This document shows, in pieces, positions 16,226 through 27,778 of a DNA stretch of 64,000 bases; position 1 is the stretch's first letter; the number at the start of each line of letters is the position of its first letter. The position numbers and the translations under genes were made by a program. Location of the stretch: contig CM074806.1 in assembly GCA_037447605.1 (NCBI GenBank), positions 744,001 through 808,000 on the forward strand, given 5' to 3'. The notes under the pieces are model-generated. The model was not told where the DNA came from, searched no databases, and saw nothing but the letters and a program-made list of their open reading frames with translations. This DNA is from Zygnema circumcarinatum SAG 698-1b. Lineage: Eukaryota; Plantae; Zygnematophyceae.

Positions 16226-19200
16226 ATGGGCGCAGGTCGAGTGATGGCGTGTAAAAGGTGCGGCCGCCATCCGCGCAGAGGCCCTCGTGCTTTCAGTCTT
16301 CGTCCCTCTCTCCTTCTCCGACTCCTTTGCTTACTTCTCTCGTTTTGCATCTCACACTTTCTACTCAACCTCCTTCCCTTCCCTCCTCTTCGTGCTCTCC
16401 GCCTCCTTCTACCTCTCCTTACTCCCTCCACTTCGTTTTTACCTGCCTCTCTCTCCCCGTTCTCCTCTCCCTCGCTCCCCTCTCCTCCGTCCTCTCCTCA
16501 CTCCTTATTCAGTCTTCTCTCCTTCCCCTTCCCCTTTTTTTTCTCATTGTATGCGCATTCCTCTCAAGGAGCGTTTGTCATTTCTCCATTGAACTAAAAA
16601 GTGTGTTGGCCCTTTTTCTCTTTTTCCTATCTCTCCTTTTTCTTGGAAAAAAAATAGGAAATTCAAATTGCTTTGGCGGCAGTTTCAACTGGTGCTCACT
16701 ACCTTCTTCTACCTTCCGGTGGCGCTTTGCGTTCAAATTCATCCCTCTGATGGTACGCTGAACCAACCGCTCACCCTCTCCCATCGACCAAACAACAAAG
16801 TTGCTAGTTTTGTAGAGTTCCCTCCTCCATGGGGCCCCACTGAGTACAAAGATGAAGTGAGCTTTTGGGTTTCTACCGTTGACCGTACTGCTCCCCCTTA
16901 AGCCAGTTAGCCGACCCTCCCTTCCGGAAATCCCCTTCTTAGAACCACCTCATGCAACCCTGAACCCTGACCCCCCTTCCCCCCTTCGCGCCGTGCCTCA
17001 GTGGCCGCCCTCCTCGCCGTGAAGAGCGAGCTGAACAACGACGTGCTCAACATTCTGAGCACGTGGTCGAGCGCGAACACCACATGCGAGCAGTGGGTGC
17101 AGGTGCGCTGCGATCAGAGCGGACGGGTCACCAGCCTGTGAGCTCTCTCACTCTCTCTCACTCTCTCTCCCTCGCTCCCGCTCTCCCACTCTTTTTTTCC
17201 GGCTCTCTCTCTTCTCCAGTCTACCTCGCTTTCTCTCCCACACTTTCTTCATCTCTCTCTCGCCCGCTCCCCGCCTTCGCCGTTCTCTCTCCCCCGCTCG
17301 TTCTCTCGCTCCCTTTCCCACTCACTCTCTCCCTCTCTTTTGTCCCTCTTTCTCCCCCGCTGTCACTCGCTCTCACTATGTCCCCCGCATTCTTTCTCTC
17401 CCCTTCCCGCTCCTACTCTCGCCCACTTTCTCTTCCCTTGTCCCTCTCGTTTTTACTCCCTCTCCCCGGATTTTCTCCCGCTCTCTCTCATTTCCTCTCT
17501 TGCTCCCTCTCCCGCTCTTTCTCCCTCTCCTTCTCTCCCTCTCTTCCCCTCTCCCGCTCTCTCCCTCTCCCGCTCAGTCTTCCACTCGTCTTCTCTTCCG
17601 ATGTCTCTCCCACCCTCACTCACTCCCCCACTTTCTCCCTCCCGCTCTCAGTTGTTCCCGCTCTCTTCCGCTCTCTCTCCCCTCTGTCTCTCTCGCTCTC
17701 ACTCTGTCTCCGGCTTTTGCCCTCACACTCACCGGCTCTTTCTCCCGTCCTGGCTCTCTCTCTCTCTCTTTCTCGCTCTCTCTCTCTCCCCCGCCTTCTC
17801 TATATATCTCTCGCTTGCCCTCACTTTCCCCTGCTTTCTCCCACGCTTTTCCGCCCTCTCCCTCTCTCCTCTCCCTCCCAACCCGTCCCCCTCCCTCTCT
17901 CCCCCCCTCACTCCCCTCTCACCCCCTCCCTTTCTCCCCCTTCCCCCTCTCAAATCCCCTCCTCCCTTCCCCCGACATCCCAGTCCCCCTCCCCCCTCCC
18001 CTTCCCCCTACACCCTCCCCCCTCCCCCTCCCTATCTCTCTTTCTCTCTCCCCCTCTCTCATTCTCTCCGCTACCTCTCCCTTGTTCCCCAGCAATCGTT
18101 CTTGTGTGCAACCATCTTCACGGTAGCCTGTTCCTATTGGAGGACACTTTCGTGTTTTATTGATGTGTGATGTTTAGCTGAAACTGAAACAAAGCGGAGC
18201 AACGAAATTCTGAAATTTATTACACTCGACTTGACGTTCAAGTCACAGATTACATGGAAAGCCTCGTTTGCTGACGGAAGCTTTGTGGGGCGCGCAGGGA
18301 CCTGAGCTACTATCCCTTTGGAGGATCCATCTCCCCTCACATCGGCAACCTTACCGCCCTCACATTGCTGTGAGTCGCCTTTAGCCTTTCATTGAAGGAG
18401 TTCCCAAGTTCGACAATGAAGTGGAAACACCATTTTTTTCAAATCTCTCTCTCTGTCTCTCTCCCCCTCTCGCTCTAACTCTCTCTCTCTTCCTTTCTCC
18501 CTCTCCTTTGCTATCGACATGCTTTTTCTGCCTTCCTTGTATCTCTTTTCCTCTTGCTGTTTCGTTTTCTCGCTCGTTTTCGCACTCTCTCTTTCTCCCG
18601 TTTCTTTTGCTCTTTTGCTGTAATGCTCTCGCCCTTGCATGCTCTCCCCCTTGGTGCTTTCTCTCTCTCTCCGCTCTCCCCCACCTCCCTTCGTCTCTCT
18701 TCCCACTCTTGCTCTCTCGCTCCTGCTCTTTGTTGCTGTTCTTCTTGTTCTTGTCCTGGACTCATCATATTGGCGCGTGCAATGCGCTGCGGCGGCGGGT
18801 TGCAGGTCGATGGGAAACGGGGCGATCTCAGGCGCCATCCCTTCGACCATCGGAAAGTTGGTCAACCTCCAAACGCTGTGAGCTCCCCCGCCCCCTCTCT
18901 CCTTCACTTACTCTTCAGTCAAGCAAATGCGGTCATTTGCTTGTCAGGAAGTTGGCATCTGATGTCAGCTAATGTGGCCTTCACCTGCAGATCCTTTTCC
19001 ACACTGAAGCTGACAGGAAGCATTCCCGCCTCCATCAGCAACCTCAAGAACCTCACTTCCCTGTTAGTCGCTTGCCTTTTTACACATCGGACTCGTCCCT
19101 TTTCTGCTTGATTTGAATGGATCAACAAGGTGATGTATGGCTGTTTCGTTTTTTTTTGGTGAGATTTCTTTTATTATGGTATCTTCTAGTGGCTGGTGGA

Positions 19201-21697
19201 GTGACCCTTTTATTCCGCTGGATGCGGTTATCCAGAATAAAGTTTCGTGAGTAATTCTGTTTTTTCGTTTTGCTTTTGCCCTTTTGCAGAACTATTTCTA
19301 ATACTGCACTAAACAGCCCTTTTCCTCCCCTTGAAAACCTCACGAGGCTCACGGACCTGTAAGTGTTTTGCTCACATTTGAATCCACTAATCATTGTGGC
19401 CCCAATTTAGTTTGCATATAAACGCGTGCTGAAACGGCACTGACATAAACATAGTTTTTCATGTAAAACCACTGATCCCAGCATACGGTATGCAGGGATT
19501 TGTACCAAGCCAATGTATATGGAGTCATTCCGCCATTCATTACCAGCCTCATCGACCTCACAAAGCTGTAAGCCGTCCCATTTCTCTGTCTCTGTCTCTG
19601 TCTCTGTCTCTGTCTCTGTCTCTCTCTGTCTCTGTCTCTGTCTCTGTCTCATTCTCTGTCTCATTCTCTGTCTCTCTCTCTGTCTCTGTCTCTGTCTCTG
19701 TCTCTGTCTCTGTCTCTGTCTCTCTCTGTCTCTGTCTCTGTCTCTGTCTCATTCTCTGTCTCATTCTCTGTCTCTCTCTCTGTCTCTGTCTCTGTCTCTG
19801 TCTCTGTCTCTGTCTCTCTCTCTGTCTCTGTCTCTGTCTCTGTCTCTGTCTCTGTCTCTGTCTCTGTCTCCCTCTCTGTCTCTGTCTCTGTCTCTGTCTC
19901 TGTCTCTGTCTCTGTCTCTGTCTCTGTCTCTGTCTCTGTCTCTGTCTCTGTCTCTCTCTCTGCCTCTCTCTCTACTGTTTATGAGGCGTGGTGTCATCTC
20001 TCCTTTCCCCCCTCTCATGCCCTCCCTTTAAGAAGGGAAAACATATGAGAGCCATAGACACATCCTCGCGGTCTTGACAATGAATGGCCCGTGCCTTGTG
20101 ACTGACTGCAGAGATTTAAGCAGCAACAATCTTTCAGGGCCCATCCCGTCTGAGATTGGGAATCTTGTGGGCCTGGAATTCCTGTAAGCTCAACCTGGTC
20201 TTATTCGAATTCCCTTTGCCCTTTGCGGGAGTTCGTTTTAGCAAATCAATTGCGTGAAATTATTTATGTTCGTTCAGGCTTTTCATGTATGCAGTTGTAA
20301 GCAACTCTTGTCATTTGAGTAAACTGACCTTTTTCTCGAAATTTTTGCCATCCTTTCTTCCTTTTCTCCATTTTCCAATGTGCAGGATGCTCGCCGGGAA
20401 CAGACTGAACGGCACAATTCCCCTGTCGATGGGAAACCTTGTAAAGCTTTCTGAATTGTAATTCTCTCCCCTGTCGTTCTCCCTCTTCCTGCACCCAAAG
20501 CACTCAAAAATAGAAACCAGTTCAAGAAGGCTGTGAAGCGAAGCTACTGATTAACTCGGAACTACTTTGTTGCTGTCTCACTTCTGGACTCCATTTCGCA
20601 TTCCCATTTCTTTGCTTATAAAGGAAGGTCCGTGAGAGGGTGTGGCAGAAAGCTGAGTGATAACCACCTCACTGGGAACATTCCCGCAACTTTCGCTAAT
20701 TTAACAAAGCTGCGGTCTATGTAAGTTTCTGTTTCCTGCCCCCAACCAACTCTGTCTGCTTTGTTCCAAGCGGATCCGTGGGTATCAATTCATCATGTTT
20801 TGATCATATAAACATTTTACTAATGGGGACCTGCGAGGCCGTGATGTTTATGGGAATTGCAGAGAACTTAGTGGCAACAATCTCACGGGAAGCATTCCAA
20901 CATTTTTTGGTGATCTGCCCGACCTTTCAAGCACAATGTAAGCTGCGACCACTAAAGTTGTTGAGTTTTTGAGTCTTCCCTGGTTCACTGAGTGACTGTT
21001 TCCTTTCATCTACGCAATTCCGTCAACTGATGGCAGTGCTCAAAGTAAGAATCTCTTTAGCGGCGTTCATACGTTTGCTCTATTCATTTGACTTCGTAAT
21101 CATTTGTTTAATTTTCCTTGAAGTGCTTCCATTGTTTGTGGGTGTTTTCAGAGATTTAAGCTCCAACCAGCTTACTGGAGAGATACCACCGAACATAGGG
21201 AACCTTGCCTCTTTGTCAAATGTGTGAGTGCCGATCAACCCATTCAGTGCATGATTGGGGGAATGCACAAGCTTGTAGTTCCTCAAACCTTCCACAAGGA
21301 AAATGCTGAGTCGTTCTGCCTAAAACGGAAGTGGAAAAGTTTGGTGGCTAACCATTCAATTCCGAATGCCGCAGTAACTTATCCAACAATCTGCTCACGG
21401 GAGTAATTCCGCAGTCAATTAGCAATATGGAAAGCCTGCTCATCTTGTAAGTATTCGCCATTCCCTTTATGCAAGCGTAGGGGTTTGGATCGAATGTATC
21501 TTGCATGGCCAGAGGAGGGCGTGAGAGAGCAAGATTTTAGGAATTTCCAGATTAAACTTTGGCATTCTGAACTTTAAAGGCAGGTCAGGGGTCATAGTGC
21601 AGCTCAATATGGTTATTGAACCGTCGAGCCCTTGCCCCTTACGCCAGTCGTTAGGGTGCATGTGATTTCTTTCGATGAATATGGAAAAGCTTTAGGA

Positions 21698-21754
<57 letters not shown>

Positions 21755-23240
21755 GACAGAGAGAGAGTATTGACTGACGATCAAACCTCTCTCTCCACTC
21801 CAGCTCGGTTGCGAACAACTACCTGACCGGCAGCCTGGAGCTGAACTTCACCCTCAACGTCCAGAACCTCGACTTCAGCTCCAACTTCTTCTCTGGCCGC
21901 CTCCGCGTCCTCGACAACAGCACCGGCGTGGAGATCTGCCCCACCGCCACCAGCGACTACGTCACCTTCTCGAACGGTCTCCGCGGCAACTGCTTCCTCT
22001 CCGCCGCCGCCCTCCTCGGCACGTGCCCGCCCGGGCGGCAGCGCGCGCCCGCCGCCTGCGCGCGATTTTGCAACGCCTCCGCGCCGGAGGGCGCGTGCGG
22101 GGGGAGGGGGGTCTGCGCGCCCAATGGCGGCGGAGAGGGGGGGGACTCCTGCAGCTGCGAGGAGGGCTATGGGGTCACCGCGGAGGCACCCTTCGAATGC
22201 GTGGCCGGTGAGGGAGGGTTGAGAAGGAGAGGGCTAAGGGTTGAGGGGGAAGGGTGGAGGGTGGAGGGTGGAAAGGGTGGAGGGTGGAGGGTTCAGGCGA
22301 GTGAGGGTCAGAGGTCGTTGGTCAGGGCTGGGAATGAAAGGATGCAAGTTTTTGGATGTGAGGTGGTCAGGGGTGGGAGCATGAGGGGGTTTTAAGGTGG
22401 GGAGAATTCAGAGCTTAGCGCTGGATTGCAGGGTGCAGCAGATTGTGTTGGAAGGGTCTAACTGTAGGGATAGGTTGCGGTTCTTTGCAAGAAATTGACC
22501 TGGTTATGCTTCTCTTTATGGCTGTTTGGGGCTGCTGTCATGCAGTTGCGAGCAGTCCCAGTCCGGCACCAATGATGCCTCCGCCGCCTTCTGGTATTTT
22601 TTGGCCTGCCCATCTCTCCCGTTTTGCCAGGCGCTTGAGAAACTGCAGAATGTCTCTAGGAAAACTGAGATGAATTAATTAGCCCTCTGTATATGGAACC
22701 TGAATTTACCCTTTTTTTATGGACCTGTTTTCAGACGCCATCCTCCCTCCAATAATTGTTATAGCTCCCGCCCCCCTCCGAGGTGTGCACTCTTTTTTCC
22801 CAAAAAAAATGTCTACTTTGCAGTTCCATGTACCTCAACCGATCATCTTGTTTGTCCCTGCAAGCTGAATCGAGTCGTGAGTGTCTCTCTGTCGTTGCTA
22901 GGGGGCTTTTATATGTTCACATTTGAAGCCATAGAAAGTTGAGGTTTCGAATTTAAGAAAATTCGTAACTTGTGCAGGTTTCACACAATCGCCGCCGTCG
23001 TCCAATTCTGCTCTACAAAGTCAACCGAGCGGTAATAGATGCCCCTCCAAGCCCTATTTCTCTCCTCTGCCCTTTTTTGACATTTTTATTTGCAGGCAGA
23101 AAGCCAGAAGGGGACCTTCACGGTTTTAAGTAGTGGAACTTGCGAAAGACTAAGAGGCTTTGTTTTTGGCGACGTGTGCAGGATCCCTTATTTTGATGGC
23201 AGCTGTGGCTGCCCTCCATGCATGGGCACTTTTTTGCTGA
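16226..23240 (+). CDS. Secreted or surface LRR protein: signal peptide, LRRNT cap, about 13 plant-type LRRs, EGF-like Cys-rich domain, Pro/Ser stalk and C-terminal hydrophobic (GPI-like) tail; no kinase domain
   Basis: Probable N-terminus [11 protein letters not shown]|[32 protein letters not shown]|[10 protein letters not shown]...[26 protein letters not shown]. Eleven single-LRR exons follow (18298-18369, 18806-18877, 18991-19062, 19290-19358, 19496-19567, 20112-20183, 20386-20457, 20649-20720, 20863-20937, 21152-21223, 21375-21446), e.g. [24 protein letters not shown]. Exon 21804-22207 ends in CGGRGVC...CSCEEGY...C. The last exon is [18 protein letters not shown]. The start codon is less certain than the LRR exons. 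Confidence 0.85.
17140..18090. repeat. Degenerate CT-rich intronic tract
   Basis: About 950 bp of ctct/ccct low complexity between the LRRNT and LRR1 exons. Confidence 0.85.
19582..19972. repeat. (CTCTGT)n compound microsatellite, intronic, with an internally duplicated variant block
   Basis: tctgtc hexamer run; the variant block attctctgtctcattctctg appears twice (about 19650 and 19750). Confidence 0.95.
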
Positions 23241-25110
23241 GTCAGACTTCAACCCCCCGCGTATGTCTCCTCTCTGTTCTCACACTGTCCAGCATCGCCC
23301 CTCTCTGCCCTTATGCTCTCTCGGTCCCCTCCCTTTATGCTCCCTCTGTGATCTACCTCTGCACTCCCTCTCTGCTCTTCATTTGTCCTCCCTCGGTGCT
23401 CTTCTTTTGCGCTCCCTTTGTGCTCTCCATTCACCAGATTTATTCCCATATCCACAATCGATGATGTGTTCCCGGGGAAGCGTGGGAGAGGGGAGGTGAA
23501 AACTGGGATGAGGAGGGAGATGGGGTGGAGATGAGGGAGAGGGAGTAGGAGAAGACTCGCCAAATTGCCACAGTTGCCTGTCCTTGTTGTCTGCAGGGTT
23601 ACACTTTACCAAATACCAAAACCATGGACTCAAAATCTCTTTGGGTCCTATGCTGCAGAGAATGGCGCTATCAGACTACGGCAGATAAAAGGGATTGAAG
23701 AAAACGGAGACAATATTTTTTGCAATGAATTTCATCAAGTGCTCTTGGTGATCGGGACCAGATGAAGCAAGGCGAGAGTATGCAAGCCTTATAAATACCC
23801 CCACTGTGATATATAACGGTAGGCCTGAGGAGTTTATCCGAAATTGTTGGCTTTAGAATAGATATTGCATTGTTTCAATAGAAAAATAAATGCGCTTTAG
23901 CTTCAATTCTTTAGTTTTTAAGAGTCCTGGGCTGGCCTAGAAACTAGAGCTCATATTTTGGCCATAGTTTCACGATCTGCCTGTTGGATCTCAACTTATC
24001 AATTGGGCTTAGGGATTCCATTGTAGTATTTATGTCTACAGTTTTATGAATATGTTGCTTAGGGCGTAGCTGGACCGAACAGACATCACCCTTGCAAAGA
24101 TAATTGGTTTCTTCACCGTCTGTGAAGAATTTTCAGCTTGGATAGATCTTTTTGGATTTGTAGCCTGTTGGCACATCATCGTGGCAATCCTCTCACTTCT
24201 CAAAAGGTTCACCTGATTCATATGGCCATTAATATGCACGCCGAAAATCACAATTGTCTCACAAGTAGGCAATTATATTTGTAAAAAATGCAATTGCAAT
24301 CATGTAATAGTAATGCAACGGAGTTTTCGAACTAAAAATAATAATAAATTCTGAGGAACAATTTGCCGTAAAAAAGATCCAGTGCAGCTCATTTGGATTG
24401 CCAGCTCTTCACTAAGTTCGTATCGACTGTACGAAAGAGCGACCACAGATACGTTTAGAAATCGGCTTCAACTCGATTATACAACGTTAAATAGATAACA
24501 AAAGGAAAGACATAAGCTTAATTTTTTGAAGATTAGAGGTAGCCCAAAGTCCCCATAGCAACTGACATGTGCTGCCTCCTCCGCCCGTCAGCATTGAAAG
24601 AAATTCCTGTAACCAAGCGGTCCAAGAGCAGCATCAATAAAGCCAGGCAAGGCCTCCCGATCAACTGATAGACTACCATAATACTGTGGATAATTCTGCT
24701 ACCAGAACGTGCGCAGCTTAAAATAAATATGGGGTTGACATGTTTTGAAGTACAGTAGGAAAAATGAAGCTATTGGATGAGGTACGTAATGATGCTTCAT
24801 ACTAACTCCGCCCTCAGTAACTTGACATTGCTTAAAAGTTTGAGAACTCAGCCAAACCAATCCTGGCCAGCCTTCTCATGCAATTCATTCATCTGAAGGT
24901 GCCACCTTCATGCGAGAAGCAAGTACTGGCGAAGTGCCTGTTTGGACGAGGTTCAAGGTGGGTTACAATTGCTTACAAGTCAGCAAAAAGTGGGTCTAAA
25001 CAAACCCAATTGTAGCAAGAATGTTCGGAAAAAGAGTAGATTCTCTGCAAATTGAACCGGCATTCATACATACCTTGTCTTACGTCGACACAAAGTCACT
25101 GCAATAAAAC

Positions 25111-25561
25111 TCACTCCTCGAAAAATTCCGTCACAGCTTCCAAGATGTTCTCGTGTTCCTCTCCACTGCCGTCATGCTTGAGATCCTTTATATGTTCCAG
25201 CTGCATGAAACCCACAAAAAATCGTCCACAACGACCAAGAAACGCTAATCCATATCCTAAAACTGCATACTTACTCGCGCTTACCACATCATAATTTATG
25301 AAAAAAAACCCAAAAGCACACAACATTGGTTCCCTCGTCCCAACCCTCCTCCCCAATTACCTGGTACACCTTCTGCCCGTTGCAGAAGACCTCCACCACA
25401 TTCCACGCATCCAGCTTCTCCAGCTTCACGAGGAAGCCCCGCTCCTCCAGCCTCTTCACGGTGAGCTCCAGCCGCTTGGAGCCATGCCCGGCTCCACAAA
25501 ACTCCGGCCCGCAGGACTCCACGTACTTGCCGTACTTGAGCACCACGTTCCCGCCCGTCAT
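25111..25561 (-). CDS. UPF0728 / C10orf53-like small protein (96 aa, two coding exons)
   Basis: Exons 25561-25361 and 25200-25111 give MTGGNVVLKYGKYVESCGPEFCGAGHGSKRLELTVKRLEERGFLVKLEKLDAWNVVEVFCNGQKVYQ|LEHIKDLKHDGSGEEHENILEAVTEFFEE*. This matches the remembered human C10orf53 pattern (VILRYGPY...RL...VILEKIEDWNVVEL.VN...IKDLEFGGDG). Confidence 0.75.
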
Positions 25562-26047
25562 GGCTGCCACCTGCCTGAGGGGAGGGGAGAGGCGGGGAGG
25601 AGCGGGGAGGAGAGGGGAGGGGAGGGGAGGGGAGGGGAGAGGAGGGGAGGGGGGGAGAGGGGAGGAGATGGGAGGCGAGAGGAGGGAGAGGCGGAGACGG
25701 GAGGAGAGGGGAGGCGAGAGGGGAGAGGAGAGGAGAGGAACGAGAGAGGAGGGGAGAAGAGGAGAGGGGAGTGACCAGAGCGCCCGTCCCCCGCCCGCCT
25801 CGCACTGAAGGGGGCGCTAGGGGCACGCCGCAGGTCTCCGATTCCAACGTCCAAATCTTTTCCCGCCAATGGCGTGCCGCGGGGCCGGTCCTGCTGACGC
25901 GCAGGGAGAGCTTCGTGCAGGTTTCGTGCAAAACGGCAAACGGAAAATTCCTGGGCGGCATCGTTTTGCATTCATTAGGGGAAGTCAGACCTTGACCATC
26001 GTTTACGAAATTCCCGAATTCCTTATACTAAAAGTCACTTCTTGAGT

Positions 26048-26205
26048 GTACGAATTCCGGGTCGGGATCCGCGGCTCCGCCGTACCCAGCCGTACCGAAA
26101 TGCGTACCTAGCCAATTGCTTAATTCGCCCGACAGGCTTACGAAATTGATTTGGCGATGGTCAAGGTCCGACTCCCCCTATTCGATTCAAAAGCCTGTAC
26201 GGTAC
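26048..26205. promoter_or_regulatory. Cluster of six GTAC cores upstream of the UPF0728-like gene
   Basis: GTAC at 26048, 26082, 26092, 26104, 26197 and 26202, mostly in a CGTAC context. Confidence 0.4.
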
Positions 26206-26835
26206 GAGTGCGGGCCCGCACCGAGCAGGGGCGGCACTCGTCGAAGGAGAAGGAAAATGCAATTGAACTCAAAATGTCAAAGTGTTTTGCTTGGTGGTGT
26301 TGCGCCTAAGCGTAGTTTTCCGTTCCTAGTTTTTAGGGTTTGTGCTGAGGTCCTTTGCGATCGGTTCCTCGTGGTTCCCCATGCTGCTTTTGTCCATGTA
26401 CATTTGATGGCCTCGCCATCGTAAGATCAATGCCGCATCCCTTTGCGTTACCAAATGGTCAATAGAGGACATGACTTGGCCAGGCTGCGATGGTTTGACA
26501 CTCGCATGCATGCATGCATGCCCATGTATGGATGCATGTATGGCACCACACATGTCGCCTCTAGGAGGCATACATCCCCATCCCGTATGTCCATTTCCTA
26601 CTTTTTGACTCCCATAGTATTTCAGGACTATCCTGATCAAGAAGAAACACACTTTGAAAGGACAGGCAGACCTCCAAAGCATTGCGAAGGACCAGTCAGT
26701 CTTCCCATTCTTGGCAGTTGCTCTCTATTCCGTTGGTCCTTTTGCATCCACAATTCCTCATCACGAGAAGAGACCCACGGACCCACAACACTGACGATAT
26801 ATGTTATCTTTTTAGGGTTTTTCAACAGAGGAGGA

Positions 26836-27709
26836 TCACGTCCGCAGCGCATTTTTTCTGGACGAAAGCTTTTGCTGCCCCGTTTGGGGCTCCAAAATCA
26901 TCAGTTTCCACCTCACACTCTGCTCCCCCTTCTGCCCTCTCTTTGCCTCCCCCCCCTTCGCCTCTCTCTGCTCCGCTTCCGCCGCATCATCGGCAGCCAT
27001 GGCTGCCTCCGCCTCTGCTTGGGCCCCTTCGTGGGCTTTGATCAACTTTTGGAGGTGGTTCTGTAAATTTTTCGCGACGAGCTCCTGCCCGAAAATTATC
27101 AAAGCTTCGAGCAGCTGCCCGGTCTCCTCTTTGCTCCGTCCGGATGGGCCCAAACTGCGGATGTGCTCCACGAGCGCCTTTTCTTCCCCCGGGCTGCTCT
27201 CGCCCAAGAAAAAAAAGAAAAAAAAAAAAAAAATGCAAAATGAAAAGCAAATTCTAGCTTCTGACAACAACCACACACGGCAGGAAAAATGAACTCGTTC
27301 TCTCTCTGAAAAAACAAGAAAAAATAAATAAATAAAGGGGGGGGGCTTTACCTCCCTGCCCGAACCCTCCCTCCCCCCATCGCCGCTTTGCGGACTGCCT
27401 TTCTCGATATCCTCCGGCCGCTCCCTGCCGTGACATTTGTCACGCCGCTTGAAGCTACAGAGGGCGCCCTCGAGCCTCCTCCTCCTCTGCAGCATCTCCG
27501 GGCACCTTGGTCAGCTCCATAAAATTTATCGACACTTTGAAATAGTTACTCAAATGGGCCGTTTGACAACCCTCACAATCCTCTCTCTCCCCACTCCCAT
27601 TCGTTCTCTGTTCCTTTATTTCTTTCCTTCTTTCTTTCTTCCTTCCTTTCTTCCTTTCTTTCTTTCTTTCTTTCTTTCCTTCTTTCTTTCTTTCTTCCTT
27701 CCTTTCTTC

Positions 27710-27778
<69 letters not shown>

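Noticed and set aside
15388-16431. Extensin-like poly-P / poly-G ORFs
   Set aside because: Low-complexity promoter tract that is open in several frames on both strands; no independent coding signal.
19490-20031. (SL)n, (CL)n and (RD)n ORFs
   Set aside because: Translations of the intronic (CTCTGT)n microsatellite.
23241-25050. Search for a kinase domain continuing the LRR gene
   Set aside because: No GxGxxG, HRD or DFG-type motifs were seen in the supplied ORFs or in the exon-like segments I translated; the region looks like UTR and intergenic DNA.
26407-26794. Possible 60-aa spliced ORF MASPS|TILIKKKHTL... on the plus strand
   Set aside because: The splice sites are plausible, but there is no recognisable homology and it lies in the probable ELP1 3' UTR; support is insufficient.
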